Program-made: the position numbers and the translations under genes | Shown here: positions 12,945 to 25,332 of the stretch, piece after piece | How the letters are laid out: every line of letters begins with the position of its first letter | How positions within the stretch are numbered: the first letter of the stretch is position 1 | Assembly: GCA_964016885.1 (NCBI GenBank) | Contig: OZ024740.1 | Location: 229,028,001-229,092,000, forward strand | Source of the DNA: Eledone cirrhosa | Taxonomy: Eukaryota | Direction: 5' to 3' | Length of the DNA: 64,000 nt | The notes under the pieces: generated by a model | The model's database searches: none | The model's input: only the letters and a program-made list of their open reading frames with translations | Told to the model about the DNA's origin: nothing

Positions 12945-14440
12945 AATAATTGTTTCTACTTTAGGCACAAGGCCAGCAATTATCACAGTGTATAACTGGT
13001 ACTTTATTTTATCGACCCTGTAAGGATGAAAGGCAAAGTTAACCTCAGCGGAATTTGAACTCAGATCATAAAGGGAGGTAACTCTATGCTTCAAAGCATG
13101 GCGTCCGACCCTCTACCGATACTGCCAATACTCGTATCAATGCCAACGTTAATATCACATGGACTCACCCATGGACAGGATGCCAGTCCATCCCAAGGTT
13201 AAACCCTCAGTTATTGCTGGTACTCATTTTCAGCTGAGTATAATGGAGTAACTTGAAATGAATTGAAACTATGTCATTAAGATTGGAAGTCCAACAATCT
13301 TACCACTAGGCCACATGCCGCCACCTTCGGCACATTAACGACCCAAAATCTGCGAATAAAATATGAAACAATTAAAAAAAAAGATATAAAACAAAAGTCT
13401 TCTGTTTTGGGTTTAGATTGATTGGTTGGTAGAATCGATAGAGTGTTGAATACAATGCTTCGTGGCGTTTGTTCTGGGTCCTAGTATTTTCTCGGATATT
13501 TCGTATCTAGGATTATACGGGGTCGATAAAATAAAGTACCAGTAATGCACTGGGTAATTGCTGGCCTTGTGCCTAAAGTAGAAACAACTATTTACTTAAC
13601 GGCGGTGGATTGGCAGTATCGGTAGAGGGTCGGACGCCATGCTTTCCAGCATAGTTACGTCCCTTTACGATCTGAGTTCAAATCCCGCCGAGGTTGACTT
13701 TGCCTTTCATCCTTACGGGGGTCGATAAAATAAAGTACCAGTAATGAACTGGTGAATTGCTGGCCTTGTGCCTAAAGTAGAAACAAATATATCTCCAACT
13801 TTTCAATAAAGCAGGGTGCTTCTTGAATGACATTTGGTTGCTATTTCTAGCAGAATAAGCAGCAACGTAGAAGTATTATAAGAGGTGGGGAAGAAGGAAG
13901 AAATCTGTCTACAAGAACCTCATTCGTTTACCGAGTTGGGTGGAGCTCGTCAAATCGGACAAAGGAAACGATGTTTGCATTGGTATTTCCATTACTGATA
14001 CTATCTACCGGTCGCAACTCACGGTGGGGAATCGAACTCGCAACCTCACGATTGTGAATCTAATTCTCTAACCACTAAGTCTTTGAATTTATTTATAATA
14101 TTGTTTTCTAATTTAAGCACATGGCCAGCAATTTTGGTGAATGGAATTACATGAAGGGGGTGGAAAATTTCAGGCATTTCGGGGCTGTTTCAACGAGTGA
14201 TGGAAAATAGGAGGCTGAATAAAATACAAGAATTGCAAGGGTTGGTGCAATAATTGTTTCTACTTTAGGCACAAGGCCAGCAATTACCCAGTGCATTACT
14301 GGTACTTTATTTTATCGACCCCGTAAGGATGAAAGGCAAAGTCAACCTCGGCGGGATTTGAACTCAGATCATAAAGGGGAGTAACTCTATGCTTCAAAGC
14401 ATGGCGTCCGACCCTTACCGATACTGCCAATCCACCGCCC
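12945..14440. mobile_element. Cluster of SINE family 1 copies (12945-13128 -, ~13430-13590 +, 13600-13787 +, 14252-14440 -)
   Basis: Same consensus in both orientations. Confidence 0.8.
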
Positions 14441-15032
14441 TTACTGCCAATCCACCGAAAATACTATCGATAATGATAATCAAAAGTATAAACAATTAAA
14501 AATTTCCCTAAATGAAATCTTCCAGAGAGAAATTAACTCATGTATAAATATCTGTCTTGCTGAACGTGTTAAAACGACAATGTTGAATAAAAAACCAAAT
14601 AATGAAATATTACGTGCTATTGACGAAATAGGGGATGAATATTTACGACGGATAAAAATCCCAACATTTTGGCGTCCGACCCTCTACCGATACTGCCAAT
14701 CCACCGCCTTGGGGTTGGTGCAATAATGCGCCAGCAACAGCCTTCGGTCATCAGAAGAAGGGAGTAAGGTGTAAAAGCGAAACTCGCTCTCTTCAATTCG
14801 GTATTCGTGCCAACCCATCCCTATGATCGCGAATACAAGTGGTCAAAATAAGGTTCTTCCGAAGAGTTAGAATAACGTTAATCGACAGTGTGTAGCTCGG
14901 ATATCAGAGAGTCGCTCAAGATAGAGCAACTACTTCTCTAAATTGGGAGATCACAGCTCCGATACTACGGACATGTCTCAGAAAAGAATCACTGGACAGA
15001 AGAAGAAGAAGAAGAAGAAGAAGAAGAAGAAG

Positions 15033-15063
<31 letters not shown>

Positions 15064-15344
15064 TAATCTTTATAAGCTCAGTATTGAGCCTCTCTGCTGA
15101 TACCAGCGCCCTTGTTGTTCTAATGGCAGCACCAGCCCTGATCATACATTTGTTTGACCAAGCCTGACCTTGGGCTTAACTGACTACATCATATATGTGT
15201 CTCTCCTCTCCCTCCCATACTATATCTCTCTCCCACTCCATACATATCTATACTGACACTTATCACCGGGAATTGCCTGGTTTCACTTGCCAGTCATTAC
15301 AATAATCTTTATTGTTCATTGTATCTAGTCGAGCTTGTTTCACT

Positions 15345-16060
15345 TTACACACTCTCTCTCTCTATACATATATGTATAAACACACACACTCTCTCTCTAT
15401 ACATATATGTATAAACACACACACACTCTCTCTATACATATATGTATAAACACACACACTCTCTCTATACATATATGTATAAACACACACACTCTCTCTC
15501 TATACATATATGTATAAACACACACACACTCTCTCTATACATATATGTATAAACACACACACACTCTCTCTATACATATATGTATAAACACACACACACT
15601 CTCTCTATACATATATGTATAAACACACACACTCTCTCTCTATACATATATGTATAAACACACACTCTCTCTCTCTATACATATATGTATAAACACACAC
15701 ACACTCTCTCTATACATATATGTATAAACACACACACTCTCTCTATACATATATGTATAAACACACACACACTCTCTCTATACATATATGTATAAACACA
15801 CACACACTCTCTATATACATATATGTATAAACACACACACACTCTCTATATACATATATGTATAAACACACACACACTCTCTCTATACATATATGTATAA
15901 ACACACACACACTCTCTCTATACATATATGTATAAACACACACACACTCTCTATATACATATATGTATAAACACACACACACTCTCTATATACATATATG
16001 TATAAACACACACACTCTCTCTCTATACATATATGTATAAACACACACACACTCTCTCTC
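15345..16060. repeat. ~38-bp compound minisatellite (CA)n(CT)n-ATACATATATGTATAA
   Basis: Roughly 18 tandem units. Confidence 0.9.
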
Positions 16061-16290
16061 TCTCTCACAGACACCTACGCGCGCACACACACACACACAT
16101 ACACACACACACATATATATATATTTATATTTATATGTGTGTGCGTGTATTTATGTATGTATGTAGATATATTTATTTATTTATATATACATATATACAT
16201 ATATACATACACGCACACATATATACGGATATATATACATTTTTTCGTATGTAACCCATTTGCAGCGCCGCAGCTCCATTATTATCATTT

Positions 16291-16369
<79 letters not shown>

Positions 16370-16381
16370 ATATATATATAT

Positions 16382-16581
<200 letters not shown>

Positions 16582-16593
16582 ATATATATATAT

Positions 16594-16661
<68 letters not shown>

Positions 16662-16671
16662 ATATATATAT

Positions 16672-17346
16672 ATGGCATACGTCAAGACGGGCGGTCTCAA
16701 AAGTGAAACTAATTTTACGATTGTGAATTTTTTTTTTTTTTTTACAACAGGTCAGTGAAAGTATAATGCAGGCACACGCAATTCTATGGATTTCTTAATA
16801 TATATATGTGTGGGTGTGTATATGTGTGTATATATATGTGTGTGTGTGTGTGTATATATATATATGTGTTTGTGTCATCATCATCGTTTAACGTCTTTCT
16901 TCCACGCAAGCATGGGTTTAGACGTGTATATGTTTGTGTGTATATATGTGTTTGTGTGTATATATATGTGTCTGTATATATATATATGTGTATGTGGCCA
17001 CATATATATACACACAAACACACATATACACACAAACATATATATATATATACGTCTAAACCCATGCTTGCGTAGAAGATAGATGTTAAACGATGATGAT
17101 GACACAAACACATATATATATATGTATATATATATATGTACACATATATATATATGTATATATGTATATATATATATACACACACACATATATATACACA
17201 CATATACACACCCACACATATATATATTAAGAAATCCATAGAATTGCGTGTGCCTGCATTATACTTTCACTGACCTGTTGTAAAAAAAACAAACAAATTC
17301 ACAATCGTAAAATTAGTTTCACTTTTGAGACCGCCCGTCTTGACGT

Positions 17347-17354
<8 letters not shown>
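16672..17354. repeat. ~680-bp imperfect palindrome in (TA)n
   Basis: 16672-16932 is inverted versus ~17047-17354. Confidence 0.85.
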
Positions 17355-17405
<51 letters not shown>

Positions 17406-18072
17406 TATATGTATATATATATATATATATATGAAAACAAACGTGCTGCGTGGTTGCAAATGGGTTACATATGAATAAAGTTAGTCCTTCATTGGTATTT
17501 CATCGCTTTAAAGACCATATACCTCCGGTTGGTGCGAGCAACGGCTAGAGAAAGTCGTTGGGACACGTAAATAAAGGGAACGAGCGAGACTGTAAACAAT
17601 CAAAGATGGTAATGCAACGAAAAGTTAGGAAGAAAGAGTCAAGTCCCAGATTTCTATGAATATAAGTTCGGTGAAATCGTGAACGAGAGAGAAGAAAGAC
17701 CATCAAACCTGATCGAAATGTGAGCAAGGAAGGAATTCCGCACAGCTCAAACGGCAGGAAAAAGGAGTCTAGTCCCTGAATTCGGTAAACATAAGTTCTG
17801 TGAAATCGTAGACAAGAGAGAAAAAAGGAACAACGAGCCTGGTCAAGCGTGCGCGAGGAAAGAATTACGCACAGGTCAAACGGGAGGAAGTAGGAGAGGT
17901 AGTAGCAGAGAGTGAGTGAGTGAAGGGTGAGGAAGAGGCAAACAGAGATATAATATATATATATATATATATATATCATATATAATTTAAACGTATGTAT
18001 ATGTGTGTGTATTTATGTATGTATGTGTGTGTGTACATAAATATATGTCGTTTTCGCCACAGATTTCGCATG

Positions 18073-18123
<51 letters not shown>

Positions 18124-18148
18124 GTTTGTATGTACGTATGCATGTATG

Positions 18149-18758
18149 TCAGGTCACCAGTTGGTGCTACTGGTAACATGTATCTCAGTACAACCTGTCT
18201 CATGGTCGGGTCGTTGGCGACTAAACTGGCAACCCCACCAAGGTTTCTTGGTGAAGAGGGTGACTTTGGACATCCTGCAGGACTAAAAACAAAACCTGTC
18301 AAAGGGCAAAGGAACTCTTAAGAGTCAATGGCCATCCAAAATCACCGGTAGAGATGACCCCTTAGCTTTTGTCAAGGCAGAATTCTAGGAGAAGGAAAAC
18401 TCTGATATAACACCTGCAACCCTGATGGTATCCAATGATGTTGACTTGTTCTTCTTTTTGGTAAATATCATCTTGGTTAAGAGAGTGGGACTGGCTTTGT
18501 GCAGTGCCTTTGCTCACTATAAAAGCTTCACGGCACAGGCATTGCTTTATATCTGGAGATCTCTCTGCACTTGTCGTCACATGGTACCATGGGCCCAGCA
18601 CTATGTGTCAATAATTGTCACAGGTCCAGTGTTTGTACCAGAGTTTTCAAGTCGCTGGCTGGACTAAAAAGTCACACTCGTTCAGCGCATCGGTAGGGAT
18701 TCTCCTACATGGATATAAAGTAGTGGCTGTACTCGAAAACGAGTTGGCAGCCACCATG
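18149..18758 (+). mobile_element. Non-autonomous RTE-derived element H (~610 bp), full copy in (TATG)n
   Basis: Contains the RTE-type 5'UTR motif CTAGGAGAAGGAAAACTCTG. Its 3' end TACTCGAAAACGAGTTGGCAGCCACC(ATG) resembles the RTE tail. Four copies in the window. Confidence 0.75.
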
Positions 18759-18861
18759 CATGTATGTATGTATGTATGTATGTATGTATGTATGTATGTA
18801 TGTATGTATGTATGTATGCATGTATGAATGTATGTATGTATGTTTTATCTATGTATGTTTT

Positions 18862-19800
18862 ATAGTACATTTTTTTTGACCGGCCACCTTCCTGGTGGCA
18901 AGGTTGTAAAAGAAAAGAAATTGTCATCCCTTGAATCGCAAGAATGTTTTGCAAATTTTGAAGGTGCCAGCTATCGCAGCCATTTGTAGACTATGAATTA
19001 GGGAGCTGCGCTCTTTGTCCGCAAATCCAAGTTCAGTCATACTTTGGTCCAAGCGGGTTGGTATATAACCCGTAGCTCCAATAATGATGGGTATGAAGCT
19101 AAAGGTGTATCTTACTGGATTTGTAAACTCCTCATCAATGGTCCGTAGATGTCCTCCTTCTCCTGTATTTTTTCTGACAACGTTTGCCGCAAGTGGGCAG
19201 CTGATCTCCACAACAGAACACGTTTTCAATGTGTGGTCCCAAACAACAATATCAGGCCGGTTGTGCTTCAATTTGGTGGCAGTTTTTATTTTCAGGTTCC
19301 ACCAGTATTCCTTAGTGCCATCTGTCTCAATATATTCTTCCTCGTTTGTTGTTAATTTTGTTTTCCGAAGTGCGTTCCAGAGGGTTCTAACTATCCCATC
19401 GTGTCTCATGGGGAGGTAGTAGCGAGATGACATTCTTTCGCAGCTAGCAACAATGTGGCTTACATCCTCGATCTTTGTTTTACATAGCCTACATTTATTG
19501 CCAGCTGCTGGCCCTCCCCTTTTGTGCAGCAGATATTTGGTAGGGAGTTATTGTTCCTGTATTGCATAGAGATATCCCTCAAGGTGTGATGTCATAAACT
19601 TGTCGGAACTCCATGTCAGGCTTTTTGAGTGGTTTATCCCCTCTATGGTCTGTGTTTTACATCTCAAGTATCCATGCACAACTTTTTCTGTAAATTGGTC
19701 AATTTTTTCATCTTGTTTGAACATTGAATAGGATCTTCCGATTTCTCTGGGTGAGAGATTTATATCAGGCTTTATTCCATATCTCTCCTCAGATCAGTGG
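18862..19800 (-). mobile_element. R4/Dong-like non-LTR retrotransposon 3' fragment (CCHC + restriction-like endonuclease)
   Basis: EGYLYAIQEQ, CRLCKTKIEDVSHIVASC, RHD, HNRPDIVVWD, VVEISCP and IPIIIGATG; embedded in (TATG)n. Confidence 0.8.
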
Positions 19801-19830
19801 CTATTCTAATGATAGATTTTTATGTATATG

Positions 19831-19866
<36 letters not shown>

Positions 19867-19979
19867 TGTATGTATGTATGTATGTATGTACGTGTGTATG
19901 TATGTATGTACGTATGCATGTGTGTATGTATATGTATGTATGTATATGTATGTATGTGTGTATGTATGTATGTGTGTAT

Positions 19980-20108
19980 GTGAAACTAATCACTAAACGT
20001 AAAATCCGGGCTTCTGGTGTTGCCCTACCCAAAAGATTGAATGCTGCTCGTCTTAAGGATAAAAATGTGAAGAGGACATTGCAAGAAGAGATGCAGGTTG
20101 AAGATCTT
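19980..20108 (+). mobile_element. RTE post-APE fragment, inverted relative to 20112-20432
   Basis: KLITKRK...KRTLQEEMQVEDL, whose end is shared with the start of the 28851-29280 fragment. Confidence 0.75.
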
Positions 20109-20111
20109 GCG

Positions 20112-20432
20112 CATACCAGGCGGTGGTCCGTCTAGCACTCAGCTCCACGAAGAGCACGAACACACTGCACATCCTGTCTGTCACGCATCCTGACTATGAC
20201 GTAGTCCAAAAGATGCCATTCCTTAGATGCAGGATGCATCAATGTGGTCTTGAATGTGTTCTTTTGTTGGAACATGGTGTTGGTAACACACAGATCCAGC
20301 TCCTCACACATCTGCAGCAGGAGCATACCATTGTTGTTACACTTTCCCACCCCATGCCTTCCGATTTCATTCCATGTGTTAAAATCCCTACCCACTCTAG
20401 CATTAAAGTCACCAAGCACGATGACTTTGTTT
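20112..20432 (-). mobile_element. RTE APE-endonuclease fragment
   Basis: [12 protein letters not shown]...[11 protein letters not shown]...TNTMFQ...[10 protein letters not shown]...TDHRLV. Confidence 0.85.
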
Positions 20433-20727
20433 GCATACATACATACATACATACATACACACACATACATACACACATACATACACACACATACACACAC
20501 ACATACATACATACATACATACACACATACATACATACATACATACATACATACATACATACATACATACATACATACATACATACACACAGTCATGTTG
20601 GTAACTCACACGTAGAGAATACATCATAGAGAGAACTGGCTTCAATGTAGTACACACGCACATACATACACACACATACACACATACATACATACATACA
20701 TACATACATACATACATACATACATAC

Positions 20728-20770
20728 ATGATGGCTGCCCCCTCGTTATCGAGTATGGCCATTGCACGAG
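20728..20770 (-). mobile_element. RTE 3' terminus with (TATG)n tail
   Basis: Reverse complement of 31916-31957. Confidence 0.7.
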
Positions 20771-20840
20771 GAGAAAAAAAAAATTAATAAATAAATAAAA
20801 AATAAAATAAAAATAAAATTTAAAAAAAATATATATATAT

Positions 20841-20925
<85 letters not shown>

Positions 20926-21751
20926 CATACACACACACACATACATTAATAACATACATACATACACACACATACATACACACATACATACACACACATA
21001 CACACATACATACATACATACATACATACATACATACATACATACATAATACACACATATATACATACACGTACATATTGGTAACTCACACGTAGAGAAT
21101 ACATCATAGAGAGAGAGAGAATTGGCCCGAATGTAGTACACACACACATGCATACACACACATAGATACACACACACATGCATACATACACATAGATACA
21201 AACACACGCATACATACACACACACATACATACATACATACATACACACAGATACATACATACACACACATGCATGCATGCATACATACTATTTGACATT
21301 TACTTCAACTTTATTATAATAAAGCTTTGATGACCTAACTTTTAACTAATAATTATTAGTTAAAAGTTAGCTCATCAAAGACTTTCGTCACACATTCTGT
21401 GACCTCCTCAATGGCAATTGTTCTTCTTCTCAGTCTTCTCATCTTTTTGATCTTAATGTGTTTATTCCATCTTCTGCATTTGTGTCTATGTCTACGTTTA
21501 CACCAGTCTTTAAAATCGGTGTTGTTTATGTTGTCTTTTATATCTTGTCCCTCAGCAGATCAACAACCAGCGATTGATGAAATAAATACCAGACTGAAAT
21601 ACGTATTATAGTTGATACGACTAAATTTTGGTTGATACGACTGATATTATGATTGATAGACTAAATTTTGAAGGTGATGCCCTAGCTTGACTTAAATCCA
21701 CTAGTTGAAACCAGTAAAGAAATGAAAGAAAAAAAGAATATGTGCATGTGT

Positions 21752-21806
<55 letters not shown>

Positions 21807-21829
21807 CTTATTCCTGAGGGTGTCGTGGG

Positions 21830-22153
21830 GGCAGAGTCCTCAAACACTCCTTCCAGCCGGTCATTTCAAAGCAATCAGATCTAACTGATCCGGCTGGATC
21901 ACCAAGCCTGACCAGCCAACCTCATGGATGTTATCCACCCAACTTACTCGGGGTTTACCCCTGGGTCTCTTGTCGGTTGGTTTTTCCCCGTAAAATCTGT
22001 CCACCGATTCTTTCCTGGGACAATCTAACCATATGCCTATAGTATCGGAGCTGTGATCTCTCAATTCGGAGAAGTAGCGGATCTACCTGGAGTGACTCTC
22101 TGATCACCGAGCTACGAACTTTATCGAGTAACGTTATTCCAAAGACTATTTGG

Positions 22154-22155
<2 letters not shown>
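21830..22155 (-). mobile_element. RTE-like LINE C-terminal fragment (second family; related piece at ~14855-14980, plus strand)
   Basis: RIERSQLRYYRHMVRL...KRPRGKPRVSWVDNI. Confidence 0.65.
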
Positions 22156-22250
<95 letters not shown>

Positions 22251-22252
<2 letters not shown>

Positions 22253-23250
22253 ATAACAGAACACACTCACTGTTTGGGTGGTTTTCGCTTCTGTATCTTT
22301 TATATCTTCCATAGTTAATTTATTTGGCAATAAATGTTTATCATTGACTGACCAACGGTTAAAAATACAGATATAAATATATATATAGTCTAACAAAGTT
22401 CTTTCGTTGCACATCTGCAACATCATCAGTGGTACTATTATCATGTTTCCTCCTATTGTATTGTATTGTAATGTTTACGCCATTTTTATTTTATTTGTTT
22501 ATTTTTGTCTCCGTCTCTGCCCATGCGTTTGCGTGTGTGTGTATAATGTTTGGTGTGTGTGTTCGCGTTTGAGCGTATGTGTTTAGGTTTTTGTATTCTA
22601 TCTTTGTTTACTAGTATGCGTTTATGTGTTTGTTGTTATTGTACTTGTGTATATATTTATTTATTTATTTATTTATTTATATTTCCCTTAAGTCAGTATT
22701 GTTTGGTTGTTGTTATTCTATTCGTTTTTTCTGTTTAACTTTGGTTTTCTAAGCTCTATTTCACGCGCTTCTCTGATTTGCCTACCTGTTGGGTCATTTC
22801 TATGTTTAGATATTATTTTAATTTCTATGTTGTCATGTCTTTGTCTGGCGTGTTCGTATAGTACTGAACCGTTTTTTTTTTTTGTTTTTTTTTGTCTTTT
22901 TAATTCCCCCCAGTGTTGGTCTATCATTTCTCCTATGTTTCGAGCTGTATGTCGTTGTCATGTTTCTGCAATAACCCTCTGTACATCTTATGCTATAGAT
23001 TACATTTCTAGTTTTACAGTTTATCTGGGGGTTCACTTTACATATAACACATTTCTTTGTATACTCTGATTCTGTCTCTTTGGTTGTAGCCAGAGAACTG
23101 CATGCGGTTGATGAAGTGTTGGATGTGTCTTTCCATTTCAGTTGGGTCGGTCAATGATAAACATTGATTGCCAAATAAATTAACTGTGGAGATATAAAAG
23201 ATACAGAAGCGAAAACCAGCCAAACAGTGAGTGTGTTCTGTTATTATTTC
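22251..23250 (-). mobile_element. Degenerate Penelope-like element (RT thumb + GIY-YIG remnants) bounded by ~105-bp inverted repeats
   Basis: Frameshifted pieces HFINRMQFSGY, CKTRNVIYSIRC and SVLYEH..H..ISKHRNDPTGRQIREAREIE..PKLNRKNE. 22251-22355 is inverted versus 23145-23250. An HHR core CTGATGA-tGTTGC agatgt GCAAC-GAAA lies at 22402-22429 (-). Confidence 0.7.
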
Positions 23251-23286
23251 TGGCAATATTATTACAACAATATGACCCTCCCCAAG

Positions 23287-23322
<36 letters not shown>

Positions 23323-23327
<5 letters not shown>

Positions 23328-23768
23328 AAGTTATATTTAAAAATTGTTGGGTTACAACTAGTAAATATTTATAACTGATATAAAAGCACTCGACAAATAT
23401 TTGGAGTATATTTACAATATTAAATAAATGGAAAACTATATTTATAAAACCATATTTATTTCATTATATATATTTCGGGGATATCATATTAACAATATGC
23501 TATGCCTTCATCAGACAAAATACAATATAAACAGTTTTATAGATAAATATATTCGACATACCGTAATAAACATCGACTTCATTTGAAGAGGTTTACGCTA
23601 GCAGATGAAGTCGATGTTTATTACGGTATGTCGAATATATTTATCTATAAAACTGTTTATATTGTATTTTGTCTGATGAAGGCATAGCATATTGTTAATA
23701 TGATATCCCCGAAATATATATAATGAAATAAATATGGTTTTATAAATATAGTTTTCCATTTATTTAAT

Positions 23769-23772
<4 letters not shown>
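23323..23772. mobile_element. Fold-back HHR element in (TA)n (~170-bp inverted arms)
   Basis: Arms ~23413-23584 and ~23601-23773 are near-perfectly inverted with a 16-nt loop; there is an extra tail on the left and (TA)n on both sides. Confidence 0.75.
23665..23730 (+). ncRNA. Type I hammerhead ribozyme with minimal palindromic stem III (mirror copy 23457-23522, minus strand)
   Basis: TATTTTGT-CTGATGA-(AGGCATAGCATATT GTT AATATGATATCCCC)-GAAA-TATATA-TA-ATGAAATA. Confidence 0.7.
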
Positions 23773-23806
<34 letters not shown>

Positions 23807-24372
23807 AGTTCTTTTATCCTTTAATTTTTTACTGGTTTCAGCCTGTGGTAATGTAGGTATCAAGGATACAGCTACGGGGTATCATAATGTTCTCGCTATC
23901 CGCACAACACGCTTTTAAGGTAATGTTTCTTTAAGTCCCGGACAATGTTATGCCCAATAATAAAACAACGGTACTTTAAATCGTGGCAATCTATTCTCGA
24001 GGTGACTGTGAGTAAGATTACGTCCGGTTTTGAAATGATGGCTCTCTAAATCCTCAATGTCTGTACGTCCGGCATTGAAATATATCGTTTACAAGGTTTT
24101 AAGCTGACAAGAAGCTTCTTTGTGTTTTACTGGGGTCTTTTTCTGTTCAATTTCTAGCTATCTGATGAGGTAATAACTAAATATATCGTCAACCATACAC
24201 AATTAGGTATATTTATATTTATATATATAATCAACAGGATCCTATAATACATTTCCTTTTCTTATAATAGTTTGGTCTGGTTTGAAGGAAAAGGATATTG
24301 CCCCCAAAAAGTGGATTTACACAACTTTTCAAGGCTACACATCCAACAGTTTTGTTATGAATTGCATGTTAA

Positions 24373-24429
<57 letters not shown>

Positions 24430-24803
24430 GACAGGACTTGCTGAATATGTGGAAGAAGAAGAAGAAGAAGAAGAAGAAGAAGAAGAAGAAGAAGAAGAAG
24501 AAGAAGAAGAAAAAGAAAAAGAAGAAGAAGAAGAAGAAGAAGAAGAAGAAGAAGAAGAAGAAGAAGAAGAAGAAGAAGAAAGCAAGGATGCGGCCGTCCA
24601 AGGCGCTAAATATCAAGGCACCGGTTGTGGATGTACTTTAATACAAATGCTTTGGCAAACAAATACGGTATTCCTCCAGCCACTGATAATTGGTTTGAAA
24701 CTGACAAGCTGTTAAACAGCTTTGAAAAGCCCGAGTAGTGAGGAAATGATTGCAAGATATCTAAATATAACTTATATACTCACACAAACATTTATACGAA
24801 CAA

Positions 24804-24841
<38 letters not shown>

Positions 24842-24843
24842 GT

Positions 24844-25270
24844 GTAAGAATATTTTCGAAACAGCGAGTGGGTTTGAAATTATTAGAAATATAAGCTATC
24901 GCCGTATTTTGACTAAAGAAATTAAAGAAATTATTTAGCCTAATAGTGGGGTTAAGAACCCTCGGAGAAATGGAAAAAGATGAGTATTGACGTACATGGG
25001 AGTCGAACCCATATCTTTGGTTATCCGGACCACTGTGCTACCATTTACATCAACACACCACCCGTCTTTTTCCATTCAAATTAGAAGCTATAAACTTAGC
25101 GACTGTAATGTCAAGTAAGAATATTTTCGCAACAGCGAGTGGGTTTGAAATTATTAGAAATGTATCGACTCCCATGTACGTCAATACTCATCTTTTTCCA
25201 TTTCTCCGAGGGTTCTTAACCCCACTATCAGGCTAAATAATTTCTTTAATTTCTTTAGTCAAAATACGGC
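24844..25270 (-). mobile_element. tRNA-containing pLTR-like element (~271-bp unit, partial tandem plus inverted end) in (TA)n
   Basis: Direct repeat 24844-24890 / 25115-25161; 25165-25270 is an inverted copy of ~24900-25006. Confidence 0.7.
24988..25059 (-). pseudogene. tRNA-like cloverleaf (72 nt), not a canonical tRNA
   Basis: GGTGTGT TG ATGT AAATGGTA GCAC A GTGGT CCGGATA ACCAA AGAT ATGGG TTCGACT CCCAT GTACGTC A. A and B boxes are present and TTTTT follows shortly downstream. The anticodon loop lacks U33. Confidence 0.65.
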
Positions 25271-25293
25271 TATATATATATATATATAATATG

Positions 25294-25332
<39 letters not shown>

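Noticed and set aside
18180-18235. Possible HDV-like ribozyme at the 5' end of element H
   Set aside because: P1/P1.1 of the nested double pseudoknot could not be built by eye; a descriptor search is needed.
24988-25059. Functional tRNA-Ser(GGA)
   Set aside because: It lacks U33, purine 37 and the Ser long variable arm, has four G-U pairs in the acceptor stem, and lies inside a repeat.
24935-25080. CTAATAG/CTGATAG...GAAA with long stem as a plus-strand HHR in the tRNA element
   Set aside because: The core is non-canonical and stem I does not pair convincingly.
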